A model generated the notes under the pieces. The model saw only the letters and a list, made by a program, of their open reading frames with translations, was not told the DNA's origin and searched no databases. The position numbers were made by a program, and so were the translations under genes. Positions 50,040 to 62,955 of a stretch of 64,000 nt of DNA are shown piece by piece (positions within the stretch are counted from its first letter, which is position 1; the number at the start of each line of letters is the position of its first letter). Source of the DNA: Octopus sinensis (taxonomy: Eukaryota); NCBI RefSeq assembly GCF_006345805.1, contig NC_043005.1, forward strand, positions 95,480,001 through 95,544,000, in the 5' to 3' direction.

Positions 50040-50330
50040 GAGAGGCTATGTGGTAAGTAGCTTGCTTACCAACCACTGCGTGACACCTTGGGCAAGTGCC
50101 TCGGGTCGTTCAAAGCCTCGTGAATGGACTTGGTAGACGGAAACAGAAAGAAGCCCGTCGTATATATGTGTATGTGTGTGTGTATATTTGTGGGTCTCTG
50201 TTTGTCTCCCCACCATCGCTTGACAACCAATGTTAGTGTGTTTACGTCCCCGTAACTTAGCGATTCGGCAAAAGAGCCCAACAGAATAAATGCCCCAGTC
50301 AAATAACCGAAACAAATAAGAGGATAAAAG
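50040..50330 (+). mobile_element. SINE family B, internally deleted
   Basis: gtggtaagtagcttgcttaccaacc..caccttgggcaagtg..ggtagacggaaac..cttagcgattcggcaaaagag. Confidence 0.8.
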
Positions 50331-50331
50331 A

Positions 50332-50362
<31 letters not shown>

Positions 50363-50368
50363 TATATT

Positions 50369-50399
<31 letters not shown>

Positions 50400-51671
50400 A
50401 TGTGTATATATGTATATGTATATATATATATATGTATATATGTGTGTATGCATGGGGGGGGGATTGGCATGCACGTGAAGTTATGTGCCCCATGTATTTC
50501 AGCTGATCACTAGTAAGCACACGTAGTAAGCGCACTAGCTGGCAGGTGAGAATGCAGGGGGGGGGGGCTTTCAAGTCACATGCACTCTAAGAAATATACA
50601 CACGTGTGTGTGTGTATTGACAATCAGACAGATAAAGATAGACAGACAGATAGATAGATGTCCAGAAATAGCTATAGGCACACGCGTGGCTGTGTGAAGT
50701 TCGCTTCTCCACCACGAGATCCTGGGATCAGTTCAGTCGGATATATAAATGAATTGACTGTGAGGTAAGAAGCTTCCTTACCAACCAGATGGTTCCCAGT
50801 TCAGTCCCACTGCGTGCACCTTGGAATAGAAGCTGGAAGTTTCGAATCAGTCCTCTTTTTCTTTGATATCTATATCTGCAGGACAGCTGACCTCTCTGAC
50901 GGTACATACCTTTGCCCCTCTGTCTCAAACAACAATATCCGGCCTGCTATGTTTACATTTGACAGAAGTTTTGATGGGAATATTCCACCAGTAGTCCTCG
51001 AATTGGTGTTCATGTATGTATGTGTTTCTTGGAGGAGACAAAAGATGTAATATTAAACACCAAGCGCGTGGGCAGGGACACACACACACACTACACACAC
51101 ACGCACACACAAATACGTAGCGGATTAAAGCTATTATCTATGAATGCATCGATAAAATACTGCAGAAACAGTTGTAAATTTTAAACTCCTCTTGTGTCCT
51201 TTTATATAGGCGCCACACCAATCCTGGGTCGGGTCTACGGTTTGTATTGGATTTGATACATATATATATATAGACTCTCTCTCTCCCTCACACACACACA
51301 CACATACATACATCAATACATACACACATACACACATTCACACATACATACATATATTTATGGGCTCGACTTTTACATGGATACTACTTTTGAGGGGCTG
51401 AAATTCAAGCTAGAATCCTAAGCACCGTCTCAGCAGGAGACGCCCAACTGGTCTCTAAGCGAATAAAAACAAAAACACAATGAATTCCAGTAATATTACC
51501 AATTCCATGCATCAAAACACACGTCTTAGTAAATATTTTTAAAAAACCATAAACAAGACCGTGTGGCTCTCACGAATATTTACACTTCCTCTTTTATTTG
51601 TATCCATCAAACTTAGCAGACTAGCTGAGTGAAATCAATTTATATCTCATAATTATGTTATATTCTTTTCT

Positions 51672-51877
51672 ACTCTAGGCACAAGGCCCAAAAGTGTGAA
51701 GGAGGGGCCAGTCGATTAGATCGACTCCAGTACGCAACTAGTACTTAATTTATCAACACTGAAAGTATGAAAGGCAAGGTCGACCTCGGCGGAATTTGAA
51801 CTCAGAAGGCAAAGACAGGCGAAATATCGCTAAGCATTTCGCCCGGCGTGCTAACGTTTCTACCAGTTCGCCGCCTT
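51672..51877 (-). mobile_element. SINE family C
   Basis: Reverse complement of the 49521 and 60927 copies. Confidence 0.85.
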
Positions 51878-53609
51878 CCATAATTATATTATATTGCCAC
51901 CGGTAACATATCTACCCGGTACCGGCATGCCACTATCTACCGTAATATGGTGCATACAGCTGATGCCTACACGGCGTTTCACATCATAGGGTAAACAGTG
52001 TGTCGTGTTCTGTGTATATGTTGTCCCTAACAGAATTGAAAAAATAAAAGTTGCACGGTGCCATGTGCAGTTACCAGTAAATGTCCATAATGTGGTGTAG
52101 AGTTGTTAATCTGTAGCAGGGATCCCCAAAGTGTGTTCTGCAAAACCCCAGGGTTCCCTGAAAGTTATCAGGGGTTCCACGATTTTGAAAATAATGTTGA
52201 AGGATTCCATAGCAAAAAAAGTTTGGGAACCACTTATCTAGTGATTAACTAAATGTTTTTAGGCTTACTGAAGTCATGCCTCTCTACGAATTCATGCAGT
52301 GGTGTTTGCTGTTGTTCGCTGACAGCATGTCTGTGAAACACGTTTCTCACCGTGTAAACAAACAAGCGTATGACGCATGTGTTTATTGTATTTGGAGATG
52401 AGGAAAATATAAAGGTTGCATGGGAACCACTGATCTTGCGATTAATTGAATGTTTTTAGGCTTATCAAAGTCATACCTTTGTACGAATTCAGACAGTGGC
52501 GTTTCTCACCATGTAAACAACAAGTGTATGACGCATATGTTTATTGTGCTTGCATATGTATGCAGGCTTGCAGCATATCCTGTGCATAGATATTAGTAAT
52601 GGTGATGTAGCACCCATCAACAGATGTGTACTGCTCGCTATTTACTATAAGCACCGAGCGTTCCACCTCTAGAGCGGGCTACAGTAAGGTAGCCACACAA
52701 TTTTGTAACAGTTATTTCTCCGTACAGGATAATACGGTACCTTGATCCACAAATGTCTTCTCGTTGTTTGGGAAATACAAGGGTACACTTCTATACGGAG
52801 TCTATGGAAAATTCCCAATTTGGGAGCCAAAAATAGGGGTCGATTTTTACGTGAGATCGAGTGTGAATCTAGTTGGTTTAGCTGCCAGAATCAATTTCTG
52901 TTCGAATTGATTTCATATTCAGTGTAAAATCAGTAAATAACGAGTTATTAGCAATTAAAGTTTGAAAATGTTGGTAATTTTAGCCAATCGTAAGCCACAG
53001 GCATATTCATGTCTGTTTCCATAGTAACAAGCCAAGCATGAGAACTCTTTTATCAGCGAGAAAGCATGTGTTTTGACAAATGTATTCTACGCGATGCCAC
53101 TTGCGTTGGCGCTGTGTTCCGTTGCTTTGTGTCCGTCTGTTGCTTGTACCCTGGTTGTGAGGTGTGCTAAAAATAGCAGCTAAATAAGGCCTTAACTTAC
53201 ACCCCTCCCCCATTAATTTTTTTATTGCATAATCGTATGAATTCTCGTGTATAGAGTACAAATTCGCTACAATTTTCTGAAAATTCCAAATTTTAAAGAA
53301 GCTACGTTTTTGTCGTACGTTAAGCAGAATTTGATCTGCTTACAGTTTCATATAAAAACGCGCACTATTTTCAGAATGTTGACAACACGTGCAGACACGC
53401 ACAAAATGACAGCTTCCAAATCCTGTTTCCTAACTTGGTGAAAACGATCAAACTTTAAACCTCTATAACTTCTTTAAAACATTTTCTTGGAAAAAGTGAA
53501 ATAACTCCAGCAATTCAGCTTGGAAAGGGAGATTAATGTGCCAAATTTTAACAGTTTCGATAAACTTTAATTTTTCAAATGCTGGCACCCAAACCAACTC
53601 AAGTATAGT

Positions 53610-53885
53610 GAGGGCGCGTGGCTCAGTGGTTAGAGCGTCGAGCTTACGATCGTGAGGTTGTGAGTTCGATTCGGGCTGCATGTTGTATTCTTGAGTAAAA
53701 CACTTTATTTCACGTTGTTCCAGTTAACACAGCTGCAGAAATGAGTTGGGACATCACTGGTGCCAAGCTGTATCGGCCCCCTTTGGATAACATCTGTGGC
53801 GTGGAGCGGGGACTGCTGGTCTTCCATAAACAACCTTGCCCAGACTTGTGCCTAGGAGGATAACTTCCTAGGTGCAATCCCATGC
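53610..53885 (+). mobile_element. tRNA-derived SINE
   Basis: ggcgcgtggctcagtggttagagcg..gagttcgattc; body shared with 45455. Confidence 0.75.
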
Positions 53886-54363
53886 ACACACACACACACG
53901 CACACGCTTATATATATCATCCAATATATCTTCCTTTTTAAGATGGTAAAGAGCGATTTGAGGGATATCTGGCTGCTGTTACTAGTAGCACGTGTATTGA
54001 CCCATGACCGCGTGCATCGTTGCCAAGAGTTTGGTTTATGTAACAGAAAGATAAGGTCAGTGATAACGATATCAGTGCTGTTGCTGCTGCTGAGAGTGTT
54101 AGAGAGTGGAGGAGGAGGAGGAAGTGATAGAAGTGATGGTGGTGGTGGTGGTGGTGGTGTAGATGGTGACGAAAACGAATAAAAGGCCCCAACAAAAGTA
54201 TGAGCTCTCCACTCGCAGCCTTGTCAATTCTCCTTCCTTTCGAAGATTTCGTTTTAGGAACGGACCGCACTCTATAAAGATGATTCACCACCATCATAAC
54301 ACACAACAAGACACCCGGTATTTGCCAGTGTGTGCTTCCCCTCTCTCCTCTTTCTCCCACTCC

Positions 54364-54400
<37 letters not shown>

Positions 54401-54737
54401 GACATACACTCACTTTGCCGCACACACATATTCTCTCATCTCTTATCAACACAGATCACACACACACTCATGCGCGCGCACGCACACACGTTCATGTTGC
54501 ATTTTGTCAAACGAAAAATGAAGGATAGTTTATGAATCTTTATACCTCTCGTGGCTAGTTTCACGCCTTTGTGTTCGTCTGTCAAACTTCCGTGTGTGTG
54601 TTTGAATATATGTACGTAGGACTTATGTATGTATACGGGGATGCGTTTTCAATGTGCTTTTCTGAGAATGAATCGCTGTTTTCGTTTAAGGTGTTGATGT
54701 TTTGTTATTGTTACCATTCTTTTCTTGGTGGTTGTGG

Positions 54738-54768
<31 letters not shown>

Positions 54769-54956
54769 TGATGATGATGATGATGATGATGATGATGGCG
54801 GTGGAGGAAGGAGGACAATATCGATGGCTAAAGTTATGATAACAATAATGTTGTTTGTACCACCCACACAGGGCACCAGAAAAGTCGATTTAGGGAGAAA
54901 TGATGTTTGGAGAGATAAATCTGTGTTGCGCTGTGTATGTGCGTGTATATATATAT

Positions 54957-54989
<33 letters not shown>

Positions 54990-55163
54990 TTACTCACACA
55001 CACACATACATACACACAATCACACATGCACACACACACATACTCATACTCATACACACTTATATTTACATACACGTAGTAAACATGTTTAGCGAATCCT
55101 GACTTGACAGATTTCGGATTTAAAAGAAGCAGCAGCAGCAGCAGCAGCAGCAGTAGCAGTAGC

Positions 55164-55199
<36 letters not shown>

Positions 55200-55479
55200 G
55201 GTGGTGATGATGATTTCTTTCATTTGCCATCAGGGCGACGGATAAGGGGATAATAACGACGGACATAAAGTGTAGCGATTTATATTGAATGAAATGGTAG
55301 AAATAAAAAAAAAGAGTATACATATTATACAATGTTAACAGATGAAAAGAAATATATATAGTGTAATAAATAGGGAAAAAATGATAGTGATACGATGCTC
55401 GTGATGCTGGAGAACCTCCTAGAGCCAATCGAGAAACCTCACCATCTAAGATCCTGTTCCCCATTTTTTTGTTTTCTTT

Positions 55480-55620
55480 CCACTAAAAGAACAGGGCTTG
55501 TTTGTTTTGGTGGGAGAGGCGCTAGTCGATTACATCGACATAAGGACTCACCTTGGGGCTTATTTTAATCGACCCCGAAAGTCGACCGCGGAGGAATTTG
55601 AACTCAGAACGTAAGGCCGA
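55480..55620 (-). mobile_element. SINE family C, partial
   Basis: tagtcgattacatcgac..tcgaccccgaaagtcgacc..ggaatttgaactcagaacgta. Confidence 0.7.
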
Positions 55621-55659
55621 AAAGTTATCTTCGATTAAATGAACTTTCAGCATCACTAC

Positions 55660-55720
<61 letters not shown>

Positions 55721-56477
55721 CACACACACACAGACATACATATACACAATGTATGTGTGTCTATACACACACCACACACACACATTCCACAACAGAGAAT
55801 ATCTTTAAGTGTCAGTTATCTATAAATAGACTTCAGCTGTCCTGGCCTTTTTATCAGTGTCAACAGTTTTGATGGTGTCTGCCGAGGCAGTGGTGGTTGT
55901 GTGTAGTGGTGGCGTGGCGGTCTGTAGCGATGGTAGCATCTGGTGTAACGGTGTGGTAGTTGTGGAGTCATGGTGGTGTCTGTTTTGTGGTGCTATCTAG
56001 TATGTAGCGGTGCTTAGTGCATGGTGAATTCTGGCAAGTGGTGTGAGGAGGAAATTTGCAATAAGTGGTGGAATCTAGTTTGTAAAGCCTGCCTTGTTCG
56101 TTGTGACGTGGTGGTAGTAGCTTGTTTGGTTACAATGATGTTATGGCGGTGCCTGGTTTGTGTGTGTGTGTGTGTATGTTGATTAAGGTTGTGTTGAAGT
56201 TGTGCAGACCCGCTCAGGTTTTGATCAACCAGGCCACCAAATGACACGTGATTTCACTGAATTGTCAACCATAATCTGAAGTCCGACAAACACTCGTTTA
56301 TCGGATGGAATGCAGTGTGACCTGCTGGGCATGTTACACTATTCCCGCTATCTCGTTTTGTTATTGTCTCTGGTGACCACAGCACTCGACTTGGTCAAAG
56401 CGCAACAGGTTTACCGCTGCAGCTAAGATACTGATGATGTGCCACCCCGCTCCAACGCGTTTTCATGTGTACATACG

Positions 56478-56730
56478 TACCATTATGGAGAAGTACAGCT
56501 TTTAAGTTTCGTTTTGAAGAGTCAATAAACAAACGCCACTCTGCAGGATCATGATTTTGTAATAAACATTCGAAAAGTCCATCGATGTTACTACAAAAGC
56601 AAAGCGGGCCTCCAACAGAAAAACACTTTTGTAGAACCATATTTCTCTGCCGAAAATAAATTATACGAACACCATGCTCTAGCAAATACTTCTCCTTCAG
56701 TGTTGATGTCAACAGTTCTGGTAAAATCAT
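56478..56730 (-). mobile_element. DNA transposase fragment, probably Chapaev3 (CMC group)
   Basis: ELLTSTLKEKYLL..FRQR..CFCSNIDGL..EWRLFIDSSKRNLKAVLLHNG; superfamily recalled from motif, needs a profile search. Confidence 0.55.
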
Positions 56731-56734
56731 TACT

Positions 56735-56920
56735 GCTCCAGAGAAAATACCTAGCGTCATTTCGCCCGTCTTTACGTTCTGAGGTCAAAATCTGCCTCGG
56801 TCGACTTTGTCTTCTGTTCTTTCAGGGTCGATAAAAATACCAGTTGGACACTGGAGTCGATGTAATTCGACTAGCTCCTTCCCCCAATAATTCAGGCCTT
56901 GTGCCAAAATATGAAAGGGT
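56735..56920 (+). mobile_element. SINE family C, diverged
   Basis: atttcgcccgtctttacgttctgagg..gtcgactttg..ggccttgtgccaaaa. Confidence 0.7.
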
Positions 56921-56973
56921 TATTATAATGTTACTGTTTGTTCTTAATAAGCAGTTTTGTTGTTTGTTTAGAT

Positions 56974-57120
56974 CAGCGGTTCCCAACCTTTTCACTACCA
57001 CGGACTCCTTTTATTTAAATGAGTTTTCCCACCGTCCCCAAGATACTGAAAGGTCTGTCAGCTTAACATGTTCACGGACCCCCAGTACTACCTTTACGGA
57101 TCACGGGTTGGGAACCACTG
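56974..57120. mobile_element. hAT-type MITE
   Basis: cagcggttcccaacc / ggttgggaaccactg; 8-bp TSD gtttagat / atttagat. Confidence 0.82.
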
Positions 57121-57651
57121 ATTTAGATCAATCTACGTAGAAGGTGTGGTTACTTCCTATTTACCTGTTTGTTCACATCTGCTGAATAATAAACGTCAAG
57201 TGACTAATACCTACTATAATTCAATACATGATATACATAAACATCAAGAAACAACATTCATTCAAACTAAACATTTCCTCAATGTTTTCCAAATCTTCAA
57301 GACCTGCATTGATGCAAAGACAAATCAAATTTTGATATAAAATCTTTCAGACAACTGCAATGAAAGTATAGGGAATTTATATATAAATTCCCTACTGGGA
57401 ATGACCAACTCCAAGAGAATCTTACATTGCTTATAAACTCTACATCTGGATGGACTCACATTAAACTCTGTTGGACTTTTGGATTTTACTCAAATGATAT
57501 TGGAATATTACACATATATACCATTATGCCTATAAAACGGATTTACGAATTCAATAACCATACATATCTTACATCTATTTTCTTTCCTCCACCTCACTCT
57601 CTATTTGTATCACATCGAAACTAACTATGACTTAACTTTTGCTCTCACACC

Positions 57652-57703
57652 GTCTCCGATGAAGGGATATTATTAATTAATATCCTAGAAACAGCTGTAA
57701 GAC
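57652..57703 (+). ncRNA. Minimal hammerhead motif, U4C variant (repeat about 57600-57765)
   Basis: GUCU CCGAUGA ..GGAUAUU/AAUAUCC.. GAAA CAGCUG UA AGAC; near-identical to 9384-9435. Confidence 0.75.
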
Positions 57704-57766
57704 CTTCTATCTATAAATGCCCTAATATCTATACAGCCTTGGTTTTTTATCTCATTACGCAATAAA

Positions 57767-57800
<34 letters not shown>

Positions 57801-59049
57801 GAACAATCTTACTTAGAAATGGATGCGTGCGTTCCGTCATATAATAAATTAATAAACAAAATAAAACATATGCATATATACATATATATATGTACGTACC
57901 TACCTCTACATGTATATATACATGCATATATGCGGTCTTTGGTCATTGGTCATTCAGGAACCACTAAGGTGCCAAGCATTGGGACTGAACCTGAAACCAT
58001 ATGGTGCTTCTTAAGCACACAGCCATTCGTGTGCCCATAGCTTGATTTTAATCATAGCATGGTCTGTTTTTATGCACCCGGTATGGGGCAGTAATCAAAA
58101 TTAATACCCAATGTTTAACTGGTTAAAAAATAACCGTTCGAAATACAAACTGTTATAACAGTTTTCAGCTGATCACAATGGCGTTCTCGCTTCGAGAATA
58201 TTAACTGTTACCAAGACCAAAGCGTATGATTTTTTCTATGTGGTAAATTAATCAGTTGAATTTTGCTAACCATCGTTTTTAAATGGTGCATGGACCACTG
58301 GAGGAGAAGTAGCTTCTGTTAAATAGTCTAATTTGCTAAATGGAAGAGACAAATTCTCTTGCGAGAGAGCTTCTACGGAATGGTTTTACTTGCTCAGTCC
58401 AACAAATTTCCGACCGCTTTCAACTAGTTATTGCATGGGCAAATGTGAGTGATAGCTTTCTATGTAGCAGACGATTGATTCTCTTCAAACAAAATTTCTA
58501 TCGTCTTCAAAGTTTAATGTGTCTGTGTGGGGACAGTTCATACTAAGTATCGTAATTTGCTCGGTGTAGCAGACGATTCTCCTTCAACGAACTTCATAAT
58601 GTCTTCAAATAGCTGCCTCAAATTTTTAAGTTTTATATATTTTGTGACCACGATATTGATTTTTTTTAATGTATATTTAACACAAAATTTGGTTTTTCTT
58701 GGAAACGAGTTAGTTACAAATCAGTTTGATTAATTTGAAGTACATGACTGATTTATATTTTAACGACTCCTAAAAAATGAAAGCAAAGTCGATTACGGCA
58801 CTCGATCATTCTGCCGCGTATGAGACGTTTTGTCTTAACCGTTTCGGCGCCACTTATTGGGCGTCGATGATTCGACGCTGACTTATTTGACATCAGACAT
58901 TTCCATGCTTCTCTCGTTTTCTCCCTTCTTCCTCTCCCCTCACTTTCTGTGCTTATTAGTGTGTGCATGATTCTTTTTATGTGTATGAGGAGAGAGAGAG
59001 AGAGAGGGTGTCTATGTCAGTCGTGTTCAGTTAATAAATTGTAATGTCT

Positions 59050-59099
<50 letters not shown>

Positions 59100-60239
59100 C
59101 TCTTCTATGTGTATATATCTGTGTGGCGTGTGTGCGTACGTGCATGCTAGCCTCCAGTACCAAATCGTCGGCATCCAAATAGCTACGCCAAATCATCCAA
59201 TTCTGCATTCTGTCTCTCTATTGTTCCTGTTTTTCTCCGAAATAAATAATGGAAAGCCACAACCAAATACCGATGTTTTAGTTAAACAGTTCTAGGACAT
59301 TTTCAATTTGAATATGATTATATCTGGTATACTGAGCCTTTGACTTAATCCTCTGCATTATATTAAATTCCTCTTTAGTATAGTTCCTTTCACCCAAGTT
59401 TATACCCGATGTTACTCAACAACATCGACAACTTCTTTTTAAAGGAAGCCTTCGCAATTTCCTAAAGAGAAATTCTGCATAGCATATTTTCCAATAAACA
59501 TGTTAAATAGTTTAAATGTTGTTGACCTCTCTGTTGATTCATATTTGGGAAATATCTTCCTTCACTCTCACCTATTTAAAATTCTAGAAACAAAGCTCTC
59601 TAAAGTCTTCTTACGCCAATGAATCGAGTTCTTAATGAATACACATTCATCGGAAGTTAGTTGTCCTCTCTAATGACGAAATGCAGCAGCGATAAGCATA
59701 TTCATGTTCGAATCTGCCGGAAACGTATCAAGAATTAGTGTATATGTTATCATTCAAAAACTTTCCAAGTTGTTGCTAAATCAACGTAGATAAAGTAAAA
59801 TAGTCGCAGCAGAAGTGTTTCTCCAAAACCAAAGATGTCACAATTCCAGTTATATTGACGTGAGTGTGCTAAAATATCCACAATGCAATTGTCGATGGAT
59901 TCAAGTGTATTTTACATAAGAATAGTCACAGCACAACTTTCTCTGGATTCAAAACTATCGCATCTCGTGCAAATTCTACGTTGCTACACCAAGGCTGGTG
60001 TACAATTGTTTGTCTCGATCAAGTATGGGCAATCTCTTTTGAGAAGCGGACCGCATGTGACATGGATCATAATCGGGTGTGGTGCACTAATAAAAAAATT
60101 CAAAGTAATTTTTCGTTTGGCGTCATTCAGGAAGTTTCGTGGGCCGCAGTTGTTCATGACTTGTCTAGATCCGAACCAATCTCACCTCCAGTTAAATCAA
60201 CGTAAGTGTACCAGAATTGTCTCACTGGTTAGAAGTCTT

Positions 60240-60372
60240 TGTTGATTTGCAACATACACATTGGTCGGCCCAGAGTTATGTAGAAGACATTTGTCCAAGG
60301 TGCCGCGCAGTAGGGCCGAACCCGAAATCACGTGGTTCGAGCTCTTTAACCTCATAACCATGCCTGCGCCTG
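60240..60372 (-). mobile_element. SINE family B head/core
   Basis: ttggtcggccc..agaagacatttgtccaaggtgccgcgcagtaggg. Confidence 0.7.
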
Positions 60373-60926
60373 TTACTGCATGCATGTTTTTCTTTTTGCT
60401 TGTTTTTTTCTTTGCCGTGTCAAATTAGAAGGCGAAAGACGTGTGCTAATTAATGAGTGTAACGGGTGGTTTAGTACAGCCAACTGGGTATGTTGCAGAA
60501 ATTAAATATTTGTCACCGAAACACGCACAGATCTGTGTGTGGGGTGCAATGCTACCACCGTTTACGATCTACATTAAACAAACTAGGTTTAATCACTTTT
60601 AAACGATGTTCGTTAGGCTTCTTCTTTTTTTTTAATCACACTGTTGCTTTTGTTCGTTGTTTTACAGTCTCCTTCCTAAACTTGCATTATTGTTTTTACT
60701 TTGTGTCTGTGTGTGTGATTTAGTATATTTTTCGTTAGTCCATTCATATAGATTGGATTAAAGCAAATATCTGTTATATTATGTCTGTTGCTAATTTTAA
60801 TGTAATTATTGTTGCTGTTACTGCTACTGTTTAATCCCCGGTCAACTATGAATGAAGGTATTCCAGCCATGACCATCTCGCAGCGATTAGGACCATTATA
60901 TTAATATATTCTTTCTGTATTTAACA

Positions 60927-61150
60927 AGGCAGCGAGCTGGCAGAAACGTTAGCACGCCGGGCAAAATGCGTAGCCGTATTTCGTCTGCCGTTATGTTCAG
61001 GGTTCAAATTCCGCCGAGGTCGACTTTGCCTTTCATCCTTTCGGGGTCGATAAATTAAGTACCAGTTACGCACTGGGTCGATGTAATCGACTTAATCCGT
61101 TTGTCTGTCCTTCTTTGTCCCCTCTATGTTTAGCCCCTTGTGGGTAGTAA
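60927..61150 (+). mobile_element. Full-length SINE family C
   Basis: ggcagcgagctggcagaaacgttagcacgcc...cccctctatgtttagccccttgtgggtagtaaagaaat. Confidence 0.88.
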
Positions 61151-62739
61151 AGAAATATATATACTTTCTGTATTTAAGGTGATTAGTGTGGTTATTTTAA
61201 CGGTGATTTTGGCTTGAATTTCTTCTAATAGGTCGCAACCACCATATAGAGGTTCCTTTATGACATTTAATTGTATTCTTTTACTCTTTTTCCGGCAGAC
61301 AGGCAACATCCAGAACATTTACAGGGCCTCCAAGACTAGTGAGAACGAAAGAGGTTGGATGTTTTCCTTAAACCGAAGACAACCTGAATATTTTCACCAA
61401 AATAAACCTCACTAAAAGGCACTCAAGGTTAGATAATGGGTTTGGGTATTAAACCGGGCGAATGATTAAATTCACCACCAATGTAACCTATGTAGGCCAC
61501 AGTGCGATTTAAATTCAGAACGCAAAGACCCGGAACAGATATAGCAAGGCATCCAGTCCGACGCTATAATGATTCTGATAGTCCACCGCTTTAGCCTTAT
61601 ACTTTATTTATCGACCCCAGGAAGATGAATGACAAAGTTAACCTCAATCAAATTTGAACACAAGAACTGTGTAAGAGGTTTCATCCGATCCTTAAATGAC
61701 TCTGCCGATGATTACGCCCTAAACTCTCCCGTACTACACCTCTGGAGAAGCGAGTTTTCCATAGAACTTTTTTCTTATATTTGGAAACCCCGACGAGGGG
61801 TGGTGAAAAAGATCTAAAATTATCTTTCACAATAAGTTTTAAACCCGAAATATTTCAGAAACAAGGATTAAAATATATTAATATTGAATTTTAATATTGA
61901 CACAAAGCCAAGTCGCGCGCGCGCGCACAGGGGTTTAATCGATTAAATCGACACTTGCACTTAACTGGTATTTTAGCTTATTGAGCTGAGCGAGATTTGA
62001 ACTCGGAATGTAAACGGCCTGGTAACATACTGCATGAATAGAGCCGAGGTAACATTACAAAATAAAAATTTTTTTTAATTCTCAGAGAAACTTGTTAATT
62101 ATAATCAGCGTTATTACTTCTCCCTCCATTTCCATATACAATTATCACTACAAAATCTTGCCGACTAATTTGGTTGGTGAGCTCAAAATACATCCATTCC
62201 TTTCAGCACATAGCTTTAAAGACATCTGTAAAAATTTCAGAATTTCAATTGGATCACATTATCCAAACTATCTCCTTTCTACCTCTTTCTTCACAGTTTC
62301 CTCTCAAACGTATTGGATAATACATGGAGTTCTATATATTCATCGTGCACTGTACATTTTGAAACGCAATGTATGCATGTCTATATGTTCATACTTAGAG
62401 CTATCAGTCCGTGAATAAATGGGTTACGAATATGGATAAATAAGAATTTGTAATAGCCGGTTCATTGCTTAAGTCTTAATTGAAGTAATAAAACCTTTTA
62501 GTTGTTGTGGAAGAAGTCAAGATTAGGTTGCAGGATTGTTTCTCACATTTCTATATAGGTTTTGTTTTTTTCGTTTTATCCTTTGTGTCGTATGTGTTAC
62601 ACTAATGACGTATAATGTGGGTCAGTTGTGTAAAGAATAGATCGTAGGTAGGTCAGATGTGTTGTATATACTCCACCCAAATATATTCATTACTGTTAAC
62701 AAACGAAGTCAATCGATGTACCTCTACATGCGGCGTTCT

Positions 62740-62955
62740 AACATTACCCATTCAGTATTTAAACTGGCCATATCTGGCCCAAATACTCTACTTGCTTTAT
62801 GTTCAAACTGGCCATATCTCTAACTTCTCACATCTACCCTATTATATCATTCTAAAAATAAACAATCACATCATCGAAATCTCAAAGCTACGAGATAATG
62901 CATGATTAATTCAAAACAATGGGAATAATTAAGTATTACATTTGACAGGGTTAAA
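62740..62955. mobile_element. piggyBac-type MITE, diverged copy of 16490-16710
   Basis: Shared internal sequence attctaaaaataaacaatcacatcat..ctcaaagct; ends caggg|TTAA. Confidence 0.65.

Noticed and set aside
54725-55102. Poly-Met/poly-Asp ORF
   Set aside because: (GAT)n microsatellite artefact
59883-60245. 120-aa ORF and overlapping frames as a possible PLK exon or transposase
   Set aside because: No kinase, RT or DDE motif recognised in any frame I translated
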